Numbered from the stretch's first letter, positions 13,401 through 25,744 are shown. The stretch is DNA of 64,000 nucleotides from Azolla caroliniana (GCA_043228905.1 JBHGNT010000004.1:12090001-12154000); one strand, 5' to 3'. Made by a program: numbers and translations. Notes: a model not told the origin generated them from the letters alone.

Positions 13401-14542
13401 ATCAGGTTCAGACGAACTTCCGGAACGTGTCGGACATCCTTCAGCAGCAACTTGCATCCGGTTGGTGTTGACAGCCACACGTCTCCTATGCCAACAATTC
13501 GGCATGTACCTTCGTTCCCCATCCGGACACAGCCGTGATCACCGGCTGAGTAGGATGAGAAGCATTTCCGGTCCGGGGTAAGGTGGAACGATGCTCCGGA
13601 GTCTACCACCCAGGTCATCTCGTCGCCGGCAAGGTTTATCTCACACTCCTCAGTGATGAGCATCAACTCTTCTTCACTTGCCGCGATTGCCGTCGTTCCC
13701 TTCCGGTCTGGCCCCCTCCGGTCTTTACCGTTCCGGTCTTAACCATTCCGGTCCAGGGTTTGCTTCGAATCGGTACCGTCAGTTTCCTTGTCTTTACGGA
13801 AATGCCTACAGTTCTTTTGGAAGTGTCTCGGCTTGCTGCAATAGAAGCAAGTAGGCCTCCCCCTTGACTTTGACCGTGTCCCCGACTTCTCCCGGTTCTG
13901 GGGACTACGGTTTCTCTGTCTTCTGCGTTCCGATTTGGTAAGAAGCGCTTTGGAGTCGGAGCACGTATCTTTGTCTTTCCGACACGCCTCCTCATCTAGC
14001 AAGCTCGACTTTACTCTTGCTAGGGATAACCGTTTTCCTTCCGGCCCGGCATTGCCCAAAGTGACAACCAACGTCTCCCAGCTATCCGGGAGGGAACCGA
14101 GCAGGAGTAGCGCTAGTACCTCATTGGCGAGAGGTACTTCCAATGACGTTGCCTGGTGTATCAGCCCCTGGAAGGCATTGATATGCTCCGCCATGTTGGA
14201 GCCATCTTGGTACCGGAGTCTTACTAGCTTCCGGAATACCGAAACCTGATTAACAACATTTTTGTTTTGAAACATTATGCCCATCTTCTCCCAGAGCTCA
14301 TGAGCCTTGCTCTCTTCATTGAAGTTGTTGTACAGGCTCATGTTGATGAAGCACCGTATGTATGCCGTTGTCTTCATGTGCATCACCTCCCATATCATGG
14401 CGTCGATTTTGTCCGGTCTCTTGTCCCCGAACTGAACCGGCAACCAGAGGTCTTTAACTACAAGCATGTCCCTCATCTTCGACTTCCACACTGAATAGTT
14501 GGAGCCGGTAAGCTTGAACATGCCGCCAAACGATTCGTCCAT
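10481..14542 (-). pseudogene. Copia gag-pol polyprotein interrupted by one in-frame TAA at 13739-13741
   Basis: ORFs 13739-14722 and 10481-13666 are in the same frame. Motifs: gag, CFYCSKPRHFQKNC, WVVDSGAS, rve, YVDD and RNase H. Confidence 0.92.
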
Positions 14543-15429
14543 TTTCTGTGTCGATTTTGCTTTGATACCACTTGACGGGAACCCAAAGTTCCTTATGCGC
14601 AATGCTCGGCCACAATCGAGCTTAGAATGATATACAGAAAGCGGGAAATAAAATGCGACACAAAGAAGGTGAGAATACACAGGAGCTTTACGTGGAAAAC
14701 CCCAAACTAGGGGAAAAACCACGGTAGCCCACAGGCTTCAAACTGTCACTATGTAGGAATATACAACAGTGAGTTCACTGAGGCACCGACCTCGTGCTCA
14801 CAAATCTTCGCCACAGGCAGCGGTTACAACAGAGGCAATGACCTCTGTCTGTCTCTCTCTCTCTCTGTACAATTACGCACACTACTCTCGTGCAAAACAG
14901 AAAATGATAACAACAACATACTAAAAGTTTGCCCTAAGTCATATTTATACTAATATGACTTTTCGGCTATTTACAAATATAGCCTCGATGGGCTCTCAGA
15001 AACATATCTACGAATATGTCTCTTCCTCCGGTTCTCACCGGGCCTGTATCATCCGACTCTCCGTAGCCGGGTACTCCTCATCCGGTTCATACCGGGTCTG
15101 TATCATCCGGCTCTCCGTAGCCGGGTACTCCTCTTCCGGTTCTCACCGGGCCTGTACCATCCGGTTCTCCGTTGCCGGGTACTCCTCATCCGGTCTTCAC
15201 CGGGTTTGTATCATCCGGCTCTCCGTAGCCGGGTACTCCTCATCCGGTCTTCACCGGGTTTGTATCATCCGGCTCTCCGTAGCCGGGTCCACCTCATACG
15301 GATTCGGCCTCGGTCTATCGGCCTCGGCCGAGTTTGTTCGTGGGCACTATTCTTCTCCCTTCCCATCTGGAGGGACCTGTCTCCCAACACGTTCAACTCC
15401 CTTTTCACCCGGTGGTCGGAATCCTTTAC

Positions 15430-15720
15430 GACACCGGAAACGCCGACGATCATAGGTCTACATCGGGCTTTGTTTTTTCACTTCGAAGCGATGTGATTGC
15501 CTGAAGCAGTAAGAAGCTATATCGGTCAAAAGGCTATTAAACGATCTGCAGGAGGAGGTATCTGATCCGACAACGATATACTGTGACAACTTTAGCAATA
15601 TCTAGTTAGCGACGAACCTCGTCTTCCATGTCTAGACCAAGCACATTGAGGTGCACTACCATTTTGCCTGTGCACATGTCCTTTCCGGTGATGTCAAATT
15701 GGTGTATGTTGGGACTGCCA
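15430..15720 (+). pseudogene. Copia RNase H remnant
   Basis: Translation gives RSTSGFVFS..., YCDN... and TKHIEVHYHF-like stretches with stops. Confidence 0.7.
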
Positions 15721-17479
15721 ATATCTATTGGGAATTCGGTCCCTTCAGATGGGATCCGGATGAGCCGGATGAAGGAACCGGATCCAAAAGGGTTCCGGAT
15801 GAGACCCGGAAACCGGATCGTGTGAATTCGGATGGATCCGGTGCAAACCAGATCCAAGGACGTAAGTGTAAATATGTTTCATAGTGAGCCCATCGTGGCT
15901 ATATTTGTAAATAGCCCAAATGTCATATAAGTATAAATATGACATAGGGCAATCACTTTATATGATTATGAGATGTGATTATTGCGAGTTGTTGTATACA
16001 GGGAGTGAGAGAGAGAGAGAGATATACATAGAACTAGTTTTTTGTTGTAACCGCCGGTTGGCAAAGACAAAATAGAGCTCAAGGTCGTTGCCTACAAGTC
16101 TCACATTGTATTCCTCCCCTCTCATAGTGATAGTTGGAGTCTGTGGGGTTTCCTGTTTAGGGTTTTCCACATAAACATCCTGTGTTATCTCGATTTCAGT
16201 TTGTTCTTTTCTCTTCCTTGTTAAAGACTCAGTCGTAGCCGAGCGTTATTTCCACACAAACTTCGCTCAAAGTACCTCTAGCCGATGAGGTACTTGCATT
16301 GCTCCTGCTCGGCTCCCTCCTAGATAGTTGGGAGACACTAGTTGTCACTTTGGGCAACGCCGGGCCGGAAGGAAAGCAGTTGGCCTTAGCAAGGGTAAAA
16401 TCAAGCTTGCTAGATGAAGAAGCTCGCCGGAAGGACCGGGTGCTCGGAACCAATCTGAAGGCCTTGGTCACGGAAGATGACCATTACCGGGGAAGAGGCC
16501 GGTATCAGAGTCCCCAAAACTGGGACAAATCGGGGACGAGGTCAAAGTCAACGGGGAGGCCTACTTGCTTCTATTGTGGGAAGCCGGAGCACTTCTAGAA
16601 AAACTGTCGGCATTTCCGGAAAGAGAAAGGGGCCAACACCACCGATCCGAAGAAGAGTTCGGACCGGGGAGGTTCAGATCGGAAAGGAACATCGGCGATC
16701 GTGAAAAGTGAAGAAGAACTGATGCTCATTACCGAGGAGAATGAGTTAAACCTTGTCGACTATGAGACAACATGGGTTGTTGATTCCGGAGCATCGTTCC
16801 ATCTGATACCGGACCGGAAATGCTTCTCATCCTATATAGCCGGAGATCACTATTGTGTCTGGATGGGGAATGAAGGTGCATGGCGAATTGTCGGCATAGG
16901 AGATGTGTTGTTGACGACATCAACTAGATGCAAATTGCAGTTGAAAGAAGTCTGACATGTTCCGGAGGTTCGGTTGAACCTGATATCAGCCGGTTGGCTA
17001 GATGATGAAGGCTACACGGGTCATGAAATTCAGCAAAGGAAGCATGATCATGCCTTGTGCCTGGAAGATCAACACGTTGTATCTGATGCATCCCTAGATA
17101 TGCCAGGAAGAACTGAACATAGCATCTGACCTTGTCAGTGAGCTGTGGCACAAGAAGTTGTGTCACATAAGTCAGAAAGGGATGAAGAGACTTGCCGAAT
17201 ACAATCTCATTCCTGTGAAGGACGTGCAACTTGAGAAGTGCATTGATTGCTTGGCCATCAAGCAAAACTGAACCTCCTTCCAGTCAAGACCACCGATGAG
17301 ACGAAATGCATCACTTGAGTTGGTGCATACCGATGTGTGTCAAGTGGACACGAAGTCACATGCCGGATTGCAGTACTTTGTGACGTTCATGGATGACCAC
17401 AACCGGAAGCTGTGGGTCTCACCGCTGAAGACAAAGGATCAAGTGTTATCCGTCTTCAAGGAACTCCACGAGAGAGTGG

Positions 17480-20400
17480 TGTTGGGATTACGGTCCCTTT
17501 CGGATGGGATGGTCGGATATCGGAGATGAATGCCGACAAGCCCGGTTTCGGTTTCGGAACCGGATGATGAAGACCCCGGCTTCGGAGCCGGATGACGAAT
17601 GTACCCGGAGCGAGATCCGGATGCGGGGACATATCTGTGAATATGTTTGCCAAGGGCCCTTGAGGTTATAGTTGTAAATAGCCCCAAAGTCATATGGGTA
17701 TAAATATGACTTAGGGCAAACAGTTTGAATGTTGCTACTCATTTTTCTGTTTTTCCACTCAAGAGGAGTGAAGAGAGAGCAGCCGTGAGAGAGATAGAGC
17801 GTGAGAGAGGAGGAGGTCGACGCCTCTGTGTATTTCCGCCGCCTGTGGCGAGGACAGCGAGCTCAAGGTCGTCGCCTTGCAGCTCGCCATTGTATACTTC
17901 TCTGTGCATAGTTTTGGTTCGGAGTCTTGTACTCCCGTGGTTTTTCCCGTACAGGGTTTTCCACGTTAAATCGTGTGTCCACTAATTTACTTCTACATTT
18001 CCCATTTTCTGCAACAACGATTCGTGTGTTTCCTTGGTTGTAGCCGAGAGGTGAAGTTTGGAAAGTGTCGATTGATTTTCCATCAATTTGGTATCAGAGC
18101 GAGCTGCTGCAGAAAATGGAAGGCGGCGGCAGCCGGCAGCCGGGGATGATGGTGCTGAATGCGCAGAATTACGCCGACTGGAAGATCAAGATGGAGGATC
18201 TTCTGATTGTTCGGGACCTGTATGAACCGATTGACAGGTCGGAAATACCGAAGGGAGTACTTGAGTCGGAATGGAGGCTTCTGAACCGGAAAGCCGTAGC
18301 AACCATTCGGCAATACGTAGACTTGAGCGTTCTACAACATGTGGCGAACGACATCAACGCATATGAGATGTGGCGGAAGCTGTCGGGCCTCTACGAGAGG
18401 AAGAATGCGTTGAACCGGACCTCCCTGATGAGGAAGATAGTGAACCTCAAGTACCGGGACGGCGAGAGTATGGTGGAACACGTAAGCACGTTCATGGGAT
18501 TCGTGAACCAGCTTGCGGCGATCAAGTTCCCGTTGGAGGATGCAATGCAAGCCATCATTCTGATGTGTACACTGCCGGAAAGCTGGGAGAACTTGGTGGT
18601 GACTCTCAGCACCTCCTGCACCGAAGATAACTTGTCCCTACAAACGGTAAAGACAAGTATTTTGAACGAAGAAGCGCGTCGGAGAGATAAAGAACCGGCC
18701 TCCGATCCGAAGATGTTGTTTACCGAATCGGATCGGGGAAGACAACGGAACCGGAGTCCGCAAAGATGGGAGAAGTCGGGGACCCGGTCGCGGTCAAGAG
18801 GAAGGCCCACATGCTTCCACTGTGGGAAGCCGGGGCACTTCCGAAAGAATTGTCGGCATTACCGAAAAGACAACGGAGCCGACGACACCGATTCGAAGAA
18901 GTCTTCGGAACGAAACGGGGCTTACCGGGGAGCCACGGACCGGAATGGTTCGGATCGGCGAGGGCAGGACAGGAAAGGAACGACGGCACTCGCGGCAAGT
19001 GAGGAAGAAATCATTCTCATCACCGAAGAAGGTGAGCTAAACATTGCCGGCGATGAGACGACCTGGGTGGTCGATTCCGGAGCGTCGTTCCACCTGACCC
19101 CGGAAAGAAGATACTTCTCATCCTACACAGCCGGTGAGCATGGCTGTGTTCGGATGGGAAATGAAGGTACGTGCCGGATCGCCGGCATAGGAGACGTGTG
19201 GTTGACAACCTCGACCGGATGTAAAATGCTGCTGAAGGATGTTCGACACGTTCCGGAGGTTCGATTGAACCTGATTTCGGCCGGGAGGCTAGACGATGAA
19301 GGCTACACAGGTAGCATCCGGAACGGCGTAATGAAGTTCAGCAAGGGGAGCCTGATAGTGGCTCGGGCCCGAAAAGTCAACACACTGTACCTGATGAATG
19401 CCCGGTTATGTCCGGAAGAGCTGAATGTGGCAGCCGACACTGCCGGTGAGCTGTGGCACAAAAGACTGTGCCACATGAGTGAGAAGGGGATGAAGAGGCT
19501 TGCAGAAGACAACCTTATTCCAGTGAAGCATGTGCACCTGGAGAAGTGCACCGATTGCCTGGCCGGTAAGCAGAACCGAACCTCCTTCCACTCAAGGCCA
19601 CCGACGAGACGTAGCGCACCATTGGAGTTGGTGCACACCGATGTGTGTCAGGTAGAAACGAAGTCACATGGCGGAGCCCAGTACTTCGTAACTTTCATAG
19701 ATGATCATAGCCGAAGACTGTGGACGGCACCGATGAAGACAAAGGACCAAGTGTTGTCCGTCTTCAAAGAACTCCACGCGAGAGTGGAAAGAGAATCCGG
19801 CAAGAAGCTGAAAGCGATACGAGCGGATAACGGAGGGGAATACCGGGGACAGTTCCAGGAGTACTGTCGCTCGAAGGGAATTCGGCTCGAGTTTACTGTG
19901 CCGAAGACGCCGGAACTGAACGGGCTGGCCGAGAGGATGAACCGGACCATAATGGAGAGGGTCCGGAGTATGCTGGCGCATGCGAAATTACCCAAGGGGT
20001 TTTGGGCTGAGGCAATGTCGACGGCGACATATGTGATAAACCGATCACCCTCAGTACCTTTGGACGGAGACACGCCGCAGAGAGTGTGGACCGGTAGGGA
20101 AGTATCCTACCGGCATCTGAAGGTGTTCGGGTGTCTCGCATACTTGCATGTGGCAAAGGACCGGAGAGGAAAGCTAGATCCAAAGACCCGGCCATGCATA
20201 TTCCTCGGTTACGGCGATGACGAGTTCGGCTACCGAGTATGGGACCCGGTCGACAAGAAGATATTCCGGAGTCGTGATATCATCTTCATGGAGAACAAGA
20301 CACTCGCCAACTGGGAGTCGGAGAAGAAGATGAAGAGCTCCAAGTCGACCGGTGAGGATCAACTCTACGAGGAGCAGTCCCGACCGGCAAGGGACCGGTT

Positions 20401-22805
20401 AGCACTCGAGGATCCGGCCGAAGACGGTGAAGAAACAGAACCGGCCGAAGAAGATGAAAATGATACCGGAACCGGCCCCGATCCCGAAATGGATTCGGAT
20501 GAAGAAGAATCGGAAGAATTGGTCACCGAAGCTCCGGAACGGAGATATCCTCTAAGAGAGAGAAGGGCCCCTCGGAGATTTCCGGAACCAGAGCACCTGT
20601 TGCTAACCGACGAGGGGGAGCCGGAGAGCTTTGAAGAAGCAAAGCATGACACCCAGAGCCGCAGGTGGTTGAGTGCCATGCAGGACGAGATGGATTCCCT
20701 GCATGAGAACCACACATATGAACTTGTGGAGTTGCCGAAAGGAAAGCGGGCACTTCGAAACAAGTGGGTGTTCAAGCTGAAACCGGGAGATGCCGGAAAC
20801 CCCCCGAGATACAAAGCCAGGATCGTGGTGAAGGGGTTTCAGCAAAAGAAGGGCGTCGACTTCGACGAGATATTTGCCCCGGTAGTGAAAATGACCTCCA
20901 TCCGGACAGTGCTGAGCATAGCGGCAAGCATGGACCTCGAGGTAGAACAGATGGACGTGAAGACGGCATTCCTTCACGGTGACCTCGAAGAAGAGATCTA
21001 CATGCAGCAACCGGAAGGATTCGAGAAGAAAGGGAAGGAGCACCTGGTATGCCGGTTGAAGAAGAGCCTTTACGGACTGAAGCAGGCTCCCCGGCAATGG
21101 TACCGGAAGTTCGACTCCTTCATGACCGACGAAGGGTACCTCAAAACGCAGTCCGACCACTGCGTGTTTGTGAAGAAGTTCGAAGGAGGAGACTTTCTAA
21201 TACTCCTCCTGTACGTGGACGACATGTTGATCGTCGGACGAGACCAGGTCAAGATACGGATGCTGAAGAAGGCTCTTCACCGAACCTTCTCAATGAAGGA
21301 CCTGGGTCCGGCGAGACAAATACTAGGGATGCACATCATCTGGGACCGGAGCAAGAAGCAGTTGTGGCTGTCACAGGAAAAGTACGTGACAAAGGTGCTT
21401 AAACGGTTCAACATGTCGGAAGCAAGACCGGTCGGATCGACCCTCCCGGCAAATTGCAAGCTGTCCAACAAGCAAAGTCCCAAGACAAAGGCTGAAAAGG
21501 AGGATATGATGAAAATGCCGTATGCCTCAGCCGTCGGGAGCTTGATGTACGCCATGGTGTGTACGAGACCGGACATAGGATATGCAGTCGGAGTGGTGAG
21601 CCGGTACATGAGCAATCCCGGCAAAGAGCATTGGAACGCGGCCAAGTGGATACTCCGATACCTGAAGGGCACGACAAACGTGTGCCTCCGATTCGGCTCC
21701 GGTAAGCCCGAACTCGACGGCTTTACCGATTCGGATATGTCGGCTGATGCAGATACTAGCCGGTCCACATCAGGGTATGTGATGACGTATGCAGGGGGAG
21801 CGGTTTCATGGCAGTCGAGGCTGCAGAAGACGGTTGCGTTGTCAACCACGGAGGCGGAGTACATGGCGGCTGTTGAAGCCGGCAAGGAAATAATATGGAT
21901 GAAGGACTTCATTAGAGAGCTCGGTATCCGACAGGAGGAGTACCGACTCTACTGCGACAGTCAGAGTGCAATCCACCTTGCGAAGAACGCGGCCTATCAC
22001 TCCCGGACGAAGCACATCCAACGAAGATATCACTGGATCCGGGAAAGGATAGAAGACAAGGAGTTCGTGCTGACGAAGGTCCACACGGACGAGAACGGGT
22101 CGGATATGCTGACCAAGGTGCTCACACCCGACAAGCTGGAAGCATGCTGGAAGAGGATCGGATTGGAGAGACATCCCATGCCGAAGTGAAGGGGGAGTTT
22201 GTTGGGATTACGGTCCCTTTCGGATGGGATGGTCGGATATCGGAGATGAATGCCGACAAGCCCGGTTTCGGTTTCGGAACCGGATGATGAAGACCCCGGC
22301 TTCGGAGCCGGATGACGAATGTACCCGGAGCGAGATCCGGATGCGGGGACATATCTGTGAATATGTTTGCCAAGGGCCCTTGAGGCTATAGTTGTAAATA
22401 GCCCCAAAGTCATATGGGTATAAATATGACTTAGGGCAAACAGTTTGAATGTTGCTACTCATTTTTCTGTTTTTCCACTCAAGAGGAGTGAAGAGAGAGC
22501 AGCCGTGAGAGAGATAGAGCGTGAGAGAGGAGGAGGTCGACGCCTCTGTGTATTTCCGCCGCCTATGGCGAGGACAGCGAGCTCAAGGTCGTCGCCTTGC
22601 AGCTCGCCATTGTATACTTCTCTGTGCATAGTTTTGGTTCGGAGTCTTGTACTCCCGTGGTTTTTCCCGTACAGGGTTTTCCACGTTAAATCGTGTGTCC
22701 ACTAATTTACTTCTGCATTTCCCATTTTCTGCAACAACGATTCGTGTGTTTCCTTGGTTGTGGCCGAGAGGTGAAGTTTGGAAAGTGTCGATTGATTTTC
22801 CATCA
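17480..22805 (+). mobile_element. Intact Ty1/copia element: LTRs 17480-18085 and 22200-22805 (606 bp), PBS 18089-18100, PPT ~22188-22197, TSD AGTGG
   Basis: AGTGG at 17475-17479 and 22806-22810. PBS TGGTATCAGAGC. About 4 substitutions between the LTRs by eye. Confidence 0.97.
18116..22189 (+). CDS. Intact copia gag-pol polyprotein (gag-ZnK-PR-IN-RT-RNaseH, ~1357 aa)
   Basis: Uninterrupted ORF with CFHCGKPGHFRKNC, VVDSGAS, HTDVC/RADNGGEY/NGLAERMNR, LYVDDM and FTDSD...STTEAEY. Confidence 0.96.
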   Translation: MEGGGSRQPGMMVLNAQNYADWKIKMEDLLIVRDLYEPIDRSEIPKGVLESEWRLLNRKAVATIRQYVDLSVLQHVANDINAYEMWRKLSGLYERKNALNRTSLMRKIVNLKYRDGESMVEHVSTFMGFVNQLAAIKFPLEDAMQAIILMCTLPESWENLVVTLSTSCTEDNLSLQTVKTSILNEEARRRDKEPASDPKMLFTESDRGRQRNRSPQRWEKSGTRSRSRGRPTCFHCGKPGHFRKNCRHYRKDNGADDTDSKKSSERNGAYRGATDRNGSDRRGQDRKGTTALAASEEEIILITEEGELNIAGDETTWVVDSGASFHLTPERRYFSSYTAGEHGCVRMGNEGTCRIAGIGDVWLTTSTGCKMLLKDVRHVPEVRLNLISAGRLDDEGYTGSIRNGVMKFSKGSLIVARARKVNTLYLMNARLCPEELNVAADTAGELWHKRLCHMSEKGMKRLAEDNLIPVKHVHLEKCTDCLAGKQNRTSFHSRPPTRRSAPLELVHTDVCQVETKSHGGAQYFVTFIDDHSRRLWTAPMKTKDQVLSVFKELHARVERESGKKLKAIRADNGGEYRGQFQEYCRSKGIRLEFTVPKTPELNGLAERMNRTIMERVRSMLAHAKLPKGFWAEAMSTATYVINRSPSVPLDGDTPQRVWTGREVSYRHLKVFGCLAYLHVAKDRRGKLDPKTRPCIFLGYGDDEFGYRVWDPVDKKIFRSRDIIFMENKTLANWESEKKMKSSKSTGEDQLYEEQSRPARDRLALEDPAEDGEETEPAEEDENDTGTGPDPEMDSDEEESEELVTEAPERRYPLRERRAPRRFPEPEHLLLTDEGEPESFEEAKHDTQSRRWLSAMQDEMDSLHENHTYELVELPKGKRALRNKWVFKLKPGDAGNPPRYKARIVVKGFQQKKGVDFDEIFAPVVKMTSIRTVLSIAASMDLEVEQMDVKTAFLHGDLEEEIYMQQPEGFEKKGKEHLVCRLKKSLYGLKQAPRQWYRKFDSFMTDEGYLKTQSDHCVFVKKFEGGDFLILLLYVDDMLIVGRDQVKIRMLKKALHRTFSMKDLGPARQILGMHIIWDRSKKQLWLSQEKYVTKVLKRFNMSEARPVGSTLPANCKLSNKQSPKTKAEKEDMMKMPYASAVGSLMYAMVCTRPDIGYAVGVVSRYMSNPGKEHWNAAKWILRYLKGTTNVCLRFGSGKPELDGFTDSDMSADADTSRSTSGYVMTYAGGAVSWQSRLQKTVALSTTEAEYMAAVEAGKEIIWMKDFIRELGIRQEEYRLYCDSQSAIHLAKNAAYHSRTKHIQRRYHWIRERIEDKEFVLTKVHTDENGSDMLTKVLTPDKLEACWKRIGLERHPMPK

Positions 22806-22887
22806 AGTGGAAAGAGAAACCCGACGGAAGCTGAAGGCGGTTCGAGTAGATAACGGAGGAGAATACCGGGGGCAGTTCAAGGAGTAT

Positions 22888-23361
22888 TGTTAAGATTCTA
22901 TTACTAATCAATAGACCAAAGTAAAGTATAAGAAAGAAAATAGATTGGATAGAAGAACCCGTTCCACCCGAGCACCCCCTAGCTATGATCTAGACATAAC
23001 CAACCTACCACCGACATCTCATACCGTCGGATATTAGGATGACTAATACCTTGGAAGAGATAAACACGATCGTCGAGACGAAATCCTAGCCTGCACCACT
23101 GGTGTCTAAGACAGTAGCCTTCCGAATGTAATCCCCTTATGAGGGTAGCTAAGCCTCATATTTATACATTTTCCTAGGCCCCTTGAATAGATGTGCCTTT
23201 CTAAAAGGTTGTCCATTGATTGGTTGTCCAAATCATGATAGTGCATGCACCTATCATTCCTTCTATCCAATCATTAGTCCCCTTTTTAACATTAGTGAAC
23301 ATACCCTTCACTAATATAAATATTAGTGACCTACCCTCACCAACGTTATATGTACAAAACA
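22888..23361. mobile_element. Solo LTR (474 bp) inserted in a copia integrase
   Basis: Begins TGTTAAG and ends AAAACA. Flanked by AGTAT (22883-22887) and AGTAA (23362-23366). The host integrase reading resumes at tgtcggtcgaaggg. Confidence 0.75.
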
Positions 23362-25672
23362 AGTAATGTCGGTCGAAGGGAATCCGGCTTGAATTTACCG
23401 TGCCGAAGACGCCGGAATTGAACGGATGAACCGGACCATAATGGAGAGATTCCCAAGCATGTTAGCACATGCCAAGTTACCCAAGATGTTTTGGGCTGAG
23501 GCGCTGATGATGACGACCTATGTGATAAACAAATCACCCTCACCACCCTTGGAAGGAGACTCACCGCCGAAAGTATGAACCGGTAAAGATGTATCGTACC
23601 AACATCTGAAGATGTTTGGTTGTCTCATATATGTGCATGCCGCAAAGGAGAACAAAGCAAAGCTAGACCTGAGTCCAAGCCATGCATATTCCTTGGATAC
23701 GACGACGATGAGTTTGGTTATCGAGTGTGGGACCTGGTCGACAAGAAGGTGTTCGGGAGTCGGGATATAGTCTTCATGGGAGACAGGACCTACCCGGTTG
23801 AAAACCGAAAGTTAGCCAGTAACAGATTGACACTCGATGAACCAGCCAGTTTCGGACAAAAAACCGAACCGACCGAAGAAGAAGAAGAAAGAGACACCGA
23901 AACCGGACAAGACCCCGAATCACATTCGGATGAAGAACAAACGGACGAATCGGTAGTTGAAAACCAAAAGCGTAGGTACCCTCTCAGGGAGAGAAGAGCC
24001 CCCTGGAGATTTGCGGATGTAGAGCATGTATTGTTGACCGATGAGGAGGAGTCGGAAAGCTTCAAAGAAGCAAAGAAAGACACCCACAGCCACAAGTGGT
24101 TGACTGTCATGGAGGACGAGATGGATTCCCTGCATGAGAACCACAAATACGAACTGACGGAGTTGCCGAAAGAAAAGAGGCCACTCTGGAACAACTAGGT
24201 GTACAAGCTGAAACCAGGAGACGCCGGAAATCCACCAAGGTATAAGGCCCGGATCGTGGTGAAGGGCTTCTAGAAGAAGAAAGGAGTTGACTTCCATGAG
24301 ATCTTTGCCCCGATAGTAAAGATGACATCCATCCGGATAGTATTGGGCATAACGGCAAGCATGGACCTCGAGGTAGAGCAATTGGACATCAAGACGACAT
24401 TCCTACATGGCGACCTCAAAGAAGAGATCTACATGCATCAACCGGAAGGATATGAGAAGAAAGGGAAGGAGCACTTGGTGTGCCGGCTGAAGAAGAGCTA
24501 ATACGGATTGAAGCAAGCCCCCCGACAATGATACCGGAAGTTCGACTCCTTCATGAACGATCAAGGGTACCACAAAATGCTAGCCGATCATTGTATGTTT
24601 GTGAAGAAATTCGACTGAGGTGATTTCCTGATTCTCCTTATTGGGAAATCGGTCCCTCCGGAAGAGAGCTGGTGAGAACCGGAAGAGAAGACATATCTAT
24701 AAATATGTTTTTTTTTAGTAAGCCTATTGAGGCTATATTTGTAAATACCCCTTAGTTCATATAAGTATAAATATGACTTAGGGCAATCATGTAGTATGAT
24801 GTTGTCATATTGTTGTACAGAGAGAGCGATAGAGAGAGTGAGATACAGAGCGAATGAGATACTCTGTTGTAACCGCCGGTTGGCGAAGATACAGAGCTCG
24901 AGGTCGTTGCCTCCAAGGCTCTGTTTGTACCTTTCTCCTATATAGTGATAGTTCGGAGTCTGTGGGCTCCTGTGGTTTTTCTTGTTCAGGGTTTTCCATG
25001 TAAACATCCTGTGTATTTCCTTTTGTACTCTCCATTTCCCATTTCTGTGTTTCATTCAAAGTGAGGTGTTCAAGACTCGGTTGTGGCCGAGCAATATTCC
25101 GCATTATTCTCGACAAACTGGTATTGGAGCAAACAACACAGGAAATGGAAGAAACGTTCGACGGCATGTTCAGGCTCACCGGCTCCAACTACTCAGTGTG
25201 GAAATCGAAAATGAGGGATATGTTGGTGGTTAAAGATGTTTGGTTTCCGGTTCAGTTCGGGGACAAGAGACCAGATAAGATCGACGCCACATTGTGGGAG
25301 GTGATGCACATGAAGATGAGGACATACATCCGGTGCTTCATCGACATGAGCTTGTACAACAACTTCAATGAAGAGAGCAAGGTTCATGAACTCTGGGAGT
25401 AGATCAGCATCATGTTCAAGAACAAGAATGTCGTTAATCGGGTTTGGTATTCCGGATACTAGTGAGGCTCTAGTACAAGGAAGGCTCTAGTATGGCGGAG
25501 CACATGAATGCCTTCCAGGGGTTGATACACCAAGCAACCTCGTTGGAAGTACCTCTTGCCGATGAGGTACTTCCATTAATCCTGCTCGGTTCCCTCCCGG
25601 ATAGTTGGGAGATGCTAGTTGTCACGTTGGGAAATGTCGGGCCAAAAGGAAAATAGTTGTCCCTAGCTGTCA

Positions 25673-25744
25673 TAATATGGCAAGACTCGAACCCATGACC
25701 TTATGCTACATGGGTCGAGCTCTTGACCATTAGACCATACATTA
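25673..25744 (-). other. 72-nt tRNA-like sequence (Pol III A box and B box) at the start of the gypsy LTR; also present in the LTRs at 31700, 35490 and 40692
   Basis: Reverse complement TAATGTA TG GTCT AATGGTCA AGAG C TCGAC CCATGTA GCATA AGGTC ATGGG TTCGAGT CTTGC CATATTA has canonical tRNA spacing and 6/7 acceptor pairs. The anticodon stem is unpaired. Confidence 0.6.

Larger units (their letters stand above)
9721..15389 (-). mobile_element. Full-length Ty1/copia element: 5' LTR 14573-15389, 3' LTR 9721-10470, PBS tRNA-Met 14559-14570, PPT 10471-10482, TSD CGTTC
   Basis: TG...CA termini. CGTTC at 9716-9720 and 15390-15394. Reverse-complement TGGTATCAAAGC PBS. Confidence 0.95.
15726..24638 (+). 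mobile_element. Degenerate Ty1/copia element (5' LTR ~15726-16255, gag partly deleted) hosting the 17480-22805 element and a solo LTR; truncated in RT by the next insertion
   Basis: The LTR start tattgggaattcggtccc resembles the other family LTRs. Gag/PR/IN fragments at 16299-17479 and IN/RT at 22806-24638 are continuous across the insertions. Confidence 0.85.

Noticed and set aside
13739-13741. Programmed gag/pol readthrough stop
   Set aside because: Sibling elements have a continuous ORF here, so a point mutation is the simpler explanation.
25673-25744. Functional tRNA gene
   Set aside because: The anticodon stem does not pair, the T stem is weak, and the sequence is an integral part of every LTR copy.
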